Shown piece by piece: positions 1 to 9,073 of a stretch of 45,602 nt of DNA. The first letter of the stretch is position 1, and the number at the start of each line of letters is the position of its first letter. A program made the position numbers and the translations under genes. Under the pieces are notes generated by a model. That model had not been told where the DNA came from and searched no databases. It was given only the letters and a program-made list of their open reading frames with translations. The DNA lies in contig NC_068993.1 in NCBI RefSeq assembly GCF_001194135.2, forward strand, positions 22,421,640 through 22,467,241. Direction: 5' to 3'. This DNA is from Octopus bimaculoides. Lineage: Eukaryota.

Positions 1-95
1 CTCACACTCTCCTCTCTTTCTCTTAAACACACCCAGACATACAAACACAAACAAACATTTGACCATATAAAACCCGCACCAGGAACGACACTATG

Positions 96-415
96 TTACC
101 AGGTGTGGCCTGTAGTCACCACCACCACTAACACCATCAACACCACAACAACAAACACCACCACAACAACAAACACCAGCATCATAAACATACTCAACGC
201 TACAGCAACAATCACTACCACCACAACAAAAAGGCACCAGCCCCTACTACTCCCGTCACAATCATTGCAGTCATTACCAACATCATAACAAACCACCACA
301 CCCATTGAATTTATCATCACTATTACTACCCACCGCCGCCACTACCACCTGTACACTAAACATACTACCACCTTCACTACTACTCCCCAGCCATAAACAC
401 TATTAACTACGTTAC
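96..415. repeat. Degenerate (ACC/ACA/ACT)n low-complexity tract
   Basis: Runs of accacc/acaaca/actact; ORF-track products are poly-Thr/Val artefacts. Confidence 0.85.
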
Positions 416-889
416 TGATTTTTGCTGTATACGGATTATTGTTGTTTACAACCCTCTCTTAAATATCGACTCGTTAAATATGGAATTGAAGCGGTGTCTG
501 TGAGCCCTTTCTCTGCTACACACACGGGCAAGTACGCAAACACACACACGCGAGCACGCTTGCATATTCACATGCTCATTTGTGAAACACAAACACATGT
601 CCAGCACGGTAATCTTGCGTAATTATGTCTACGTGTGTGTCCTTAGAGATATATGAAGGGTTTGATATGACATGCAATAGCTGTGATTTGTAGCAGGTTG
701 AACGACTCATTAGGGGCTCTGTCGTTGTCTCGAAATCCATCTGACTCTAGGCCAGTCATTGGCAAAATTCGGCAAGTCAACGAAATATTACTTTGAATTT
801 CTTTTAGTTGTGCATCTCGCTTGATGATGACACTTGTCTCTTTTTCACCAAAGTTGAATGTTAGGTTAACCAACTAAAATTCCCTGGTT

Positions 890-1144
890 CTACAGTTCTA
901 TATTTAAGAAATGAGGAATTATGTACATTATTTACATTATTTACATTCGACGGATATTTGTCCTCATCTTGTTTGTTGTAAACACAACGTTTCGGCTGAT
1001 ATATCCTCCAGCCTTCTTCAGGTATCTTGGGGAAATTTCGAAACTTCAAAATTTCGAACCTGGGTTCTCATTCTTAAGGTATTTTTCAATGTTGTTGTTG
1101 TTGTTATTATTATTGTTATTATTAACCACTACGCCATATGCCCA
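890..1144 (-). mobile_element. Short tRNA-head/(AAT)n/hammerhead element, copy 1 (head truncated, inverted partner of copy 2)
   Basis: Minus strand reads ATGGGCATATGGCGTAGTGGTTAA, then (AAT/AAC)n, then GAAAAATACCTTAAGAATGAGAACCCAGG...CTGAAGA...GAAACGTT...AAATATAGAACTGTA; the body matches 2440-2588(+) and 2948-3085(-). Confidence 0.8.
980..1027 (-). ncRNA. Minimal type I hammerhead ribozyme motif (PLE type)
   Basis: 5'-AGAUAC CUGAAGA A GGCUG(gaggauauau)CAGCC GAAA CG UU GUGUUU-3': stem I AGAUAC/GUGUUU (two G-U pairs), 5-bp stem II, palindromic ACGU in place of stem III, GUU triplet. One extra A before stem II. Confidence 0.65.
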
Positions 1145-1167
1145 TGGGCATATGGCGTAGTGGTTAA
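1122..1167. repeat. Perfect 46-bp palindrome
   Basis: TTAACCACTACGCCATATGCCCATGGGCATATGGCGTAGTGGTTAA equals its own reverse complement. Confidence 0.97.
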
Positions 1168-1216
1168 GAGCGCAGGCTACTAACCTCAAGATTCCGAGTT
1201 CGATTCCAAGCAGTGA

Positions 1217-1222
<6 letters not shown>
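1145..1222 (+). mobile_element. tRNA-derived head of copy 2 (Pol III A and B boxes)
   Basis: A box TGGCGTAGTGG 1153-1163, anticodon-arm-like AGG-CTACTAA-CCT, B box GAGTTCGATTCC 1196-1207; no acceptor-stem closure, followed by (AAT)n. Confidence 0.85.
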
Positions 1223-1288
<66 letters not shown>

Positions 1289-1307
1289 TAATAATGATAA
1301 TAATAAT
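1221..1307 (+). repeat. (AAT)n microsatellite
   Basis: About 28 near-perfect AAT units. Confidence 0.97.
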
Positions 1308-2395
1308 AAAATACGAAGAAGAAGAAGAACAAACAACAAAAGCTATAATACAAATGAAATCCAAACTAAAACTAGAACAGCAACGGACCATGATAAAACG
1401 ATGGCAAGAAAAGCCCCTACATGGTAAATACTGGACTAAACTAAATGCAAAAGAAATNNNNNNNNNNNNNNNNNNNNNNNNNNNNNNNNNNNNNNNNNNN
1501 NNNNNNNNNNNNNNNNNNNNNNNNNNNNNNNNNNNNNNNNNNNNNNNNNNNNNNNNNNNNNNNNNNNNNNNNNNNNNNNNNNNNNNNNNNNNNNNNNNNN
1601 NNNNNNNNNNNNNNNNNNNNNNNNNNNNNNNNNNNNNNNNNNNNNNNNNNNNNNNNNNNNNNNNNNNNNNNNNNNNNNNNNNNNNNNNNNNNNNNNNNNN
1701 NNNNNNNNNNNNNNNNNNNNNNNNNNNNNNNNNNNNNNNNNNNNNNNNNNNNNNNNNNNNNNNNNNNNNNNNNNNNNNNNNNNNNNNNNNNNNNNNNNNN
1801 NNNNNNNNNNNNNNNNNNNNNNNNNNNNNNNNNNNNNNNNNNNNNNNNNNNNNNNNNNNNNNNNNNNNNNNNNNNNNNNNNNNNNNNNNNNNNNNNNNNN
1901 NNNNNNNNNNNNNNNNNNNNNNNNNNNNNNNNNNNNNNNNNNNNNNNNNNNNNNNNNNNNNNNNNNNNNNNNNNNNNNNNNNNNNNNNNNNNNNNNNNNN
2001 NNNNNNNNNNNNNNNNNNNNNNNNNNNNNNNNNNNNNNNNNNNNNNNNNNNNNNNNNNNNNNNNNNNNNNNNNNNNNNNNNNNNNNNNNNNNNNNNNNNN
2101 NNNNNNNNNNNNNNNNNNNNNNNNNNNNNNNNNNNNNNNNNNNNNNNNNNNNNNNNNNNNNNNNNNNNNNNNNNNNNNNNNNNNNNNNNNNNNNNNNNNN
2201 NNNNNNNNNNNNNNNNNNNNNNNNNNNNNNNNNNNNNNNNNNNNNNNNNNNNNNNNNNNNNNNNNNNNNNNNNNNNNNNNNNNNNNNNNNNNNNNNNNNN
2301 NNNNNNNNNNNNNNNNNNNNNNNACATACCCAAGGCGCACAGAGCTGCGCTCGGTAGTGAAGTGAAAGCACGTTATAAAAATAAAACTACTGAAC

Positions 2396-2430
<35 letters not shown>
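1308..2430 (+). mobile_element. 5'-truncated R4/Dong-clade LINE inserted in (AAT)n (middle is an N gap)
   Basis: MIKRWQEKPLHGKYW fits the W..K.LHG.Y motif between the RT and zinc knuckle of R4-clade LINEs; non-coding 3' part at 2325-2397 ends in (AAT)n. Continuity across the gap is assumed. Confidence 0.65.
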
Positions 2431-2588
2431 GTATAACAACAACGAAAAATACATTAGGAATGAGAACCCAGGTTCGAAATTTCCCCAAGACACCCGAAGA
2501 AGGCTAGAGGGTATATCAGCCGAAACGTTGTGTTGACAACAAACAAGATGAGGACAAATATCCATCGAATGTAAATAATGTAAATAAT
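2431..2588 (+). mobile_element. Hammerhead-bearing body of copy 2
   Basis: GAAAAATACATTAGGAATGAGAACCCAGGTTCGAAATTTCCCCAAGACAC...GATGAGGACAAATATCCATCGAATGTAAATAATG is near-identical to the reverse complement of about 925-1090. Confidence 0.85.
2489..2534 (+). ncRNA. Hammerhead motif with core mutation
   Basis: GACAC CCGAAGA A GGCUA..CAGCC GAAA CG UU GUGUU; stem I GACAC/GUGUU intact, U4 changed to C, so probably inactive. Confidence 0.55.
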
Positions 2589-2689
2589 TACCATCGTAAG
2601 CCAGACACTGCAACTACTAAGCCACGCTGACTCAAGCAGGTCTAAAGAACATCCCTGCCGCGCCCTCTTACGGTTAATTGGGATTACTT

Positions 2690-2925
2690 ATACGTAATTG
2701 TTTCGAAATCGAATTAACTATTTCAAATTCTGGTTCCTTTCCAACAGAAACACAAATTTACAAATAGGTTGGTACGTATCCTCTTGCTCTGATAATAAGT
2801 ACGAAGCTGGAAGTGTACCTTGCGTACTGGATTTGCAAAGTTCTCAACAGTGGTCCATAGATATTCGCTTTTTCTTGTATTTGCCTAACCACATTCAGAG
2901 GGCAGCTGATTTCTACAACTGTGCA
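2690..2925 (-). mobile_element. R4/Dong-clade LINE restriction-like endonuclease (REL) C-terminal fragment
   Basis: Minus frame CTVVEISCPLNVVRQIQEKANIYGPLLRTLQIQYARYTSSFVLIIRARGYVPTYL parallels the REL region of the LINE at 28630-28830 (CTVVKINRPSDVN...EKEN...VIIGALGYV). Confidence 0.75.
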
Positions 2926-2947
2926 AAAGTATGCATGTATATATGTA

Positions 2948-3162
2948 TATTATTTACATTGGACGGGCATGTGTCCTCATCTTGTTTGTTGTTACCACAA
3001 CGTTTCAGCTTTCATCAGGTGTCCTGCTAGAATTTTGAACCCAGCCCCATGGGTTCTCATTCCTAAGGTATTTTTTGCTGATGTCATTATTATTATTGAG
3101 AACTCGTGATCCTGGGGTTAATAGCCCGCGCTCTTAACCATTACGCTATATGCCCATGGGCA
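2948..3162 (-). mobile_element. Short tRNA-head/(AAT)n/hammerhead element, copy 3 (contiguous, about 215 bp)
   Basis: TGCCCATGGGCATATAGCGTAATGGTTAAGAGCGCGGGCTATTAACCCCAGGATCACGAGTTC, then (AAT)4, then AAAAATACCTTAGGAATGAGAACCC...GGACACCTGATGAAAGCTGAAACGTTGTGG...GATGAGGAC...AATGTAAATAAT. Confidence 0.8.
2994..3024 (-). ncRNA. Hammerhead motif with collapsed stem II
   Basis: GGACAC CUGAUGA AAGCU GAAA CG UU GUGG; core intact, stem II reduced to A+AGCU, stem I 3 bp. Confidence 0.45.
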
Positions 3163-3184
3163 ACTATAGAGCGAATTTTAGGGC

Positions 3185-3868
3185 TTATAAACCTAATATT
3201 TTTCTATCTTTCCTTAATACCGGTCCTCTTATTCTATTCATATCTGTTCTATGTCTGCTTAGGAGGTTATTGTGTCCTAGTATATGTGCTGCAGCTCTTA
3301 GTTTTCATATTTTTCGGTGGTGTTCTCTGTCTATTATTTTCACTTCATCCCACAGGAGAAAGTGGTCTCCGCTTTTCCATACATGATNNNNNNNNNNTAT
3401 TTTCACTTCATCCCACAGGAGAAAGTGGTCTCCGCTTTTCCATACATGATCAGCTATACCCGATTTTTCAACATCTCCTCGTGTCACAGATTTACGATGT
3501 TCTTATATCCTTATTTTGAGTGGGCGGCATGCTTCGCCTTTGTGTAACCTACCACAACTGAATGGGATGGAGTACACGCAGTCTTTGGTCATATTCTCTT
3601 GTATTGGTTGTTTTACTCGAAGGAGATATTTGCGAAGTGTTGTATTACTCTTGTATACCGTCCTGATGTCATATGGACCGCGTATCGTTTGTATCTTTTC
3701 TGAGAGGCCTTTCATATAGGGTAGATAGACTGTGATCAGTCTATGGGTTTCATGCTCTCTCCTCTTCCTAATTGGAGTGGATAGTACGTTTTTGGAGTAG
3801 TTGTTGCTTAGCTTGATCATTTCTTCGTGGTGTGTATCAAGATTTAGTGAAATGTTTTTATACGACAT
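3185..3868 (-). mobile_element. Penelope-like element GIY-YIG endonuclease C-terminal remnant (stops present)
   Basis: VYLPYMKGLSEKIQ...TVYKSNTTLRKYL...DCVYSIPFSCGRLHKGEACRPLKIRI*EH...SGIADHVW...WDEVKIIDRE: the typical PLE pattern LPY..GLSE, VY.IPC.CG..Y.GET.R, S.IA.H. Confidence 0.9.
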
Positions 3869-3869
3869 A

Positions 3870-4135
3870 AATACATAAATAAATGGAGTTGAACGCAGGT
3901 GTTATTCAAATCTTTATACTTCCGACATGTTTCAAAGAAAACATTGGTATTATTCCAGAAGGAATAAAATGATGTAAAACAATGCAATCTTCTCATCAGG
4001 GGGAAAAAAGAAACAAAGTGCATGAAAAAAACATTTTAACCGAATGCGATTACTGCATATATGATGAATGGAACACTGGTAAGTCATAAAAGAAATCGTT
4101 AATAGATATAACGTCAATGGTAATTTATAGAAAGA
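3870..4135 (-). mobile_element. Probable Penelope pseudo-LTR (pLTR) segment
   Basis: Lies directly upstream of the endonuclease fragment, carries a hammerhead, and has an inverted partial copy at 4547-4641. Confidence 0.6.
3919..4005 (-). ncRNA. Hammerhead ribozyme with canonical core and GUC triplet
   Basis: UUCCCC CUGAUGA GAAGA[long insert]UCUUU GAAA CAUG UC GGAAG; stem II GAAGA/UCUUU, palindromic ACAUGU at stem III; stem I only 2 contiguous bp (4 if two C bulge). Confidence 0.7.
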
Positions 4136-4546
4136 GAAGGAAGAGGAAGAAAGAAATTAGCAGAAAACTAAGAATGGAGAAATATTGTAGGATAGGTGAA
4201 TAGGAATAAAGATTAAAAGCGTGGAAATAGATATATTTTGTGGAATTGAAATGTAAGAAGACAGTTAAAGGTCGAATTTATTGACTAGTAGAAATTACTT
4301 ATAGAAACTAACGGTATGTTTTTGCCAATGTTTGCAACGATAAACGCGTTCTTTAAACGTGTTTACAAGAGGATTCTCTGAGAACAGGATGAAATACAGT
4401 TCATCGTTACAGAGCGAACAAAAAGATTTACCTTTATCCTAAGGAAAGGACCTAGATAGAATAATCCATTCCAAATCAAATTGTTTATGTTCCTTTAGAG
4501 ACCAAATTAATATACTAAGCACAGTACTGTTGCGTTTATGGATATG

Positions 4547-4641
4547 TCTTTCTATAAATTACCTTTGACGCTATATCTATTAACGTTTTCTATTTTAAAA
4601 TAACTTACCAGCGTTCCGTTCATCATATATGCAGTAATCAC
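4547..4641 (+). repeat. Inverted copy of 4047-4134
   Basis: TCTTTCTATAAATTACCTTTGACGCTATATCTATTAACG...CATCATATATGCAGTAATC matches the reverse complement of 4047-4134; cut by a gap. Confidence 0.85.
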
Positions 4642-5323
4642 NNNNNNNNNNNNNNNNNNNNNNNNNNNNNNNNNNNNNNNNNNNNNNNNNNNNNNNNNNN
4701 NNNNNNNNNNNNNNNNNNNNNNNNNNNNNNNNNNNNNNNNNNNNNNNNNNNNNNNNNNNNNNNNNNNNNNNNNNNNNNNNNNNNNNNNNNNNNNNNNNNN
4801 NNNNNNNNNNNNNNNNNNNNNNNNNNNNNNNNNNNNNNNNNNNNNNNNNNNNNNNNNNNNNNNNNNNNNNNNNNNNNNNNNNNNNNNNNNNNNNNNNNNN
4901 NNNNNNNNNNNNNNNNNNNNNNNNNNNNNNNNNNNNNNNNNNNNNNNNNNNNNNNNNNNNNNNNNNNNNNNNNNNNNNNNNNNNNNNNNNNNNNNNNNNN
5001 NNNNNNNNNNNNNNNNNNNNNNNNNNNNNNNNNNNNNNNNNNNNNNNNNNNNNNNNNNNNNNNNNNNNNNNNNNNNNNNNNNNNNNNNNNNNNNNNNNNN
5101 NNNNNNNNNNNNNNNNNNNNNNNNNNNNNNNNNNNNNNNNNNNNNNNNNNNNNNNNNNNNNNNNNNNNNNNNNNNNNNNNNNNNNNNNNNNNNNNNNNNN
5201 NNNNNNNNNNNNNNNNNNNNNNNNNNNNNNNNNNNNNNNNNNNNNNNNNNNNNNNNNNNNNNNNNNNNNNNNNNNNNNNNNNNNNNNNNNNNNNNNNNNN
5301 NNNNNNNNNNNNNNNNNNNNNNN

Positions 5324-5365
<42 letters not shown>

Positions 5366-5390
5366 GAAAGAGAGAGAGAACAAACGGAGA
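5324..5390 (+). repeat. (GA)n microsatellite at gap edge
   Basis: Direct. Confidence 0.95.
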
Positions 5391-5767
5391 GAGGAAAAGA
5401 CGTGGCTGGATTAACGGCTTCACACGCCGAAGTGGCTTCACTGGTGACAAATGAGCCCAAATCTTGACAGGCATACACGTCCGCAGATGTAGACCAAGTT
5501 TCTCCCATTCACAGTAATGGCAGTGCATTGAAAGGTGCAGTACTCAACAAAAAGCTTGGGGTTAGTAGAAATTTTAACTTCCTCTCTCTAAGCTCAGCAT
5601 GGTTAGTTGAAGGTCACTTATTTCGGATATGTTAATGATCGTAATTCGAGCTACATTATAGTAATAATAAGCAGGAAATGCAATTGGTAGTTGAAGCTTT
5701 ATAAGTGTTTGCATGTCTAACAAGGCTTGAAATAACGATTATGATTATTGTGTTTATTATCATACTA

Positions 5768-6148
5768 TGTGTAGCTGTGTGGTAAGAACCTTGCTCCCCA
5801 TCCACATGGTTCTGGGTTCAGTCCCATTGCTTGGGACCTTGGGTAAGTGTCTTCTACTATAACATCGGGCTGACCAAAGCTTTGTTAGCGAATTTGGTGG
5901 ACGAAAACAGAAAGAAGCCCGTCGTATATGTGTGTATCTTTGTGTTTGTCCCCTAACACTGATTGACAACTGGTGTTAGTGTGTTTTCATTCCCGTAACT
6001 TAGCGGTTCGGCGAAAGAGAACGAAAGAATATGTACAAAGTTTAAAAAAAAGTTACTGGGAGTCTAGTCTATTCATTTGGTTAAGAGATTCTCCAAGGCG
6101 GTACCCAGCATGGCCACAGTCTAATGACTGAAGCAAGTAAAAGATAAA
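5768..6148 (+). mobile_element. tRNA-derived SINE family A, near full length
   Basis: GTGTGGTAAGAA..GGGTTCAGTCCC head, CCTTGGGTAAGTGTCTTCTACTATA, CCCGTCGTAT, CGTAACTTAGCGGTTCGGC, CAGCATGGCCACAGTC..TGACTGAAGCAAGTAAAAG; shared with 8573, 13711, 31586, 39278. Confidence 0.88.
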
Positions 6149-6149
6149 G

Positions 6150-6450
6150 CTTTGAGCTTTGAGCACATCGGACAAAATGCTTAGTGACATTTCGTCCGTC
6201 TTTACGTTCTGAGGTCAAATTTACCTTCCATTTTTTGGTGGTCGGTGAAATAAGCAACAGTGAAATACTGTGGTTGACAAAATTTCATACCTTATGCCTT
6301 AGTAGAAACGATTATTACTATAAATGAACATAAGGCGTCCAGCTAGAAGAATCGTTAGCTCGTCGGAAAAATGCTTAGTGATACTTCTGCCAGCTCTATG
6401 TGTTGATCACTGGAGTCAATGTAATCGACTTACACCTTCCCTCAAAACTA
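6150..6450 (+). mobile_element. Two degenerate SINE family B fragments
   Basis: AAATGCTTAGTGACATTTCGTCCGTCTTTACGTTCTGAG and AAGGCGTCCAGCTAG..AAATGCTTAGTG..GTAATCGACT match the family B copies at 22315 and 40192. Confidence 0.7.
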
Positions 6451-6897
6451 ATAACGCTGTGCTAAAGTTAGAAAGAACCATTGCTCTATATACACATACG
6501 TTTCCTATCTAGATTAATTTCGATAAAGAGTAAATATTTTTCACAGCTTTAGTTCATTCCATGATCTGAATGTTTGGTAATGTCTCTTGATTATCTTTGG
6601 CACTTGAATAAACGGAAAGCTAAACAGATATAGATTAGTACCTATATAATAATTCAAATCCGGTTAAACAATAGCACTGGGACTTATATCAGTTAACCTA
6701 ATCTTTATATTTAACTTAAAAATTCACTAACAGCTTAATGGATTCCAAAAACAAAAGAAGAAAAGTCCTTTGTGATTATGAGAATTTGAAGAAACCAAAA
6801 GTATGTTCCAACATAGATTACTTCGGTTGCCAGGAAATATTCAAGTACAAGTTGGAGGAATTGATAATCAAAAAACAAAACCAACAGAATATTGCAC

Positions 6898-6966
6898 TCA
6901 AACTTTGCTTTTCGTCCATCGAGGTCGATAAAATAAGTACCAGTCAAGAACTGATGTCAATGTAAT
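6898..6966 (+). mobile_element. SINE family B central-core fragment
   Basis: CTTTGCTTTTCGTCCATCGAGGTCGATAAAATAAGTACCAG, a conserved SINE core (Deu/Nin/Meta-like; assignment from memory). Confidence 0.7.
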
Positions 6967-7470
6967 AGTTTTTTCTCCTTCCTCGAACTCAATGGCGATG
7001 TGCCAAACTTTGAAGCCAATACATTACCGTATTTCGTTGTACCCTAGCAGGACATGAGTTCAAATCGTACAGGAATCAACTTTGCATTTCAGTTTTCTTT
7101 AGAGGACATTAAAAAAAAAAAAAAAAGAGAGAACAGGTCATATACTCTTTTCAAACGAATCAGCTATTTCTATCATCTTCAATAATTAGCTCTATATATA
7201 TTTCGGTACACGATAATGTAAGTTGGTGTAGCTGATACAGATGAAGAACTATAGAATTCAGTTTTTTTTTTTTATCTAGTCTCTCAATTCAGTGTCGAAA
7301 TTACTTTAAAGAAATGAGTCGTGATATCAATGGGATAAAACTATCTCTGGCGAGCAGAAATTGAGATCTAACTTTCATTCTTGTTTGCAGCCATTTTATT
7401 TCATTTATGCCTCTAACAAATTTGAGATAAGCACAAAGTGTGTGTGTTTGTGGGTGGGGTTGGGTGTTAA

Positions 7471-7473
<3 letters not shown>

Positions 7474-7556
<83 letters not shown>

Positions 7557-8519
7557 NNNNNNNNNNNNNNNNNNNNNNNNNNNNNNNNNNNNNNNNNNNN
7601 NNNNNNNNNNNNNNNNNNNNNNNNNNNNNNNNNNNNNNNNNNNNNNNNNNNNNNNNNNNNNNNNNNNNNNNNNNNNNNNNNNNNNNNNNNNNNNNNNNNN
7701 NNNNNNNNNNNNNNNNNNNNNNNNNNNNNNNNNNNNNNNNNNNNNNNNNNNNNNNNNNNNNNNNNNNNNNNNNNNNNNNNNNNNNNNNNNNNNNNNNNNN
7801 NNNNNNNNNNNNNNNNNNNNNNNNNNNNNNNNNNNNNNNNNNNNNNNNNNNNNNNNNNNNNNNNNNNNNNNNNNNNNNNNNNNNNNNNNNNNNNNNNNNN
7901 NNNNNNNNNNNNNNNNNNNNNNNNNNNNNNNNNNNNNNNNNNNNNNNNNNNNNNNNNNNNNNNNNNNNNNNNNNNNNNNNNNNNNNNNNNNNNNNNNNNN
8001 NNNNNNNNNNNNNNNNNNNNNNNNNNNNNNNNNNNNNNNNNNNNNNNNNNNNNNNNNNNNNNNNNNNNNNNNNNNNNNNNNNNNNNNNNNNNNNNNNNNN
8101 NNNNNNNNNNNNNNNNNNNNNNNNNNNNNNNNNNNNNNNNNNNNNNNNNNNNNNNNNNNNNNNNNNNNNNNNNNNNNNNNNNNNNNNNNNNNNNNNNNNN
8201 NNNNNNNNNNNNNNNNNNNNNNNNNNNNNNNNNNNNNNNNNNNNNNNNNNNNNNNNNNNNNNNNNNNNNNNNNNNNNNNNNNNNNNNNNNNNNNNNNNNN
8301 NNNNNNNNNNNNNNNNNNNNNNNNNNNNNNNNNNNNNNNNNNNNNNNNNNNNNNNNNNNNNNNNNNNNNNNNNNNNNNNNNNNNNNNNNNNNNNNNNNNN
8401 NNNNNNNNNNNNNNNNNNNNNNNNNNNNNNNNNNNNNNNNNNNNNNNNNNNNNNNNNNNNNNNNNNNNNNNNNNNNNNNNNNNNNNNNNNNNNNNNNNNN
8501 NNNNNNNNNNNNNNNNNNN

Positions 8520-8552
<33 letters not shown>

Positions 8553-8560
8553 GTATATGT
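7474..8560. repeat. (CA)n/(TA)n microsatellites flanking an N gap
   Basis: Direct. Confidence 0.9.
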
Positions 8561-8572
8561 ATGTATGCATTC

Positions 8573-8780
8573 GTGTGTCTGTGTTTGTTCCCCCTATCAC
8601 TTGACAGCTGATGTTGGTGTGTTTACGTCTCCGTAACCTAGCGGTTCAGCAAAAGAGACCGATTGATTAAGTACTAAGCTTACAAAGAATGTCATGGCCT
8701 CGATTTTTTTGACTAAAGGCAGTGCTCCAGCATGGCTGCAGTCAAATGACTGAGACACGTAAAAGAAAATAAAAGAAAAT
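8573..8780 (+). mobile_element. SINE family A 3' half
   Basis: CACTTGACAGCTGATGTTGGTGTGTTTACGTC..CTAAAGGCAGTGCTCCAGCATGGCTGCAGTCAAATGACTGAGACACGTAAAAG. Confidence 0.88.
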
Positions 8781-8868
8781 GATGATCCACGTTCTATCCC
8801 ACGGCAGGACATTTTGAAGATGGTTTTTCTCGCAGTTTTGGGTAGTCTTATATTGTTATGGGCTAACT

Positions 8869-9073
8869 CAGTGGTTCGCAGCCATTTGTTTTTACTTATG
8901 GGTGGTCCCTCATAACCATGTGATATTTAAGAAATTCTACTATATATTTATATAAGTTAAATATTGTTAGAATTTGCGAAACAGATTGTTAAAATATTTT
9001 GTCTTGCAAAAGTGACAACAAAGTCTTATAAGGACGCTCAAGGGTCATATGGACCCCAATTAAGAACCACTTG
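8869..9073. mobile_element. Probable hAT-type MITE
   Basis: Termini CAGTGGTTC and GAACCACT(T)G; about 205 bp; flanks ggctaact / gctaaat give only a partial TSD. Confidence 0.55.

Noticed and set aside
643-873. 76-aa minus-strand ORF as a host exon
   Set aside because: No recognisable motif and no convincing splice-site pair.
1145-1222. Functional tRNA-Ser gene, or a branch point (TACTAAC at the loop)
   Set aside because: No acceptor stem or long variable arm, it runs into (AAT)n, and a diverged copy exists at 3097-3162; TACTAAC is just the anticodon-loop-like sequence.
2748-2928. Plus-strand exon with good AG/GT signals
   Set aside because: The opposite strand encodes an R4 REL endonuclease fragment, which explains the open frame.
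3337-3450. Tandem duplication of about 50 bp around a 10-N gap
   Set aside because: Identical sequence on both sides of a placeholder gap points to an unmerged contig overlap.
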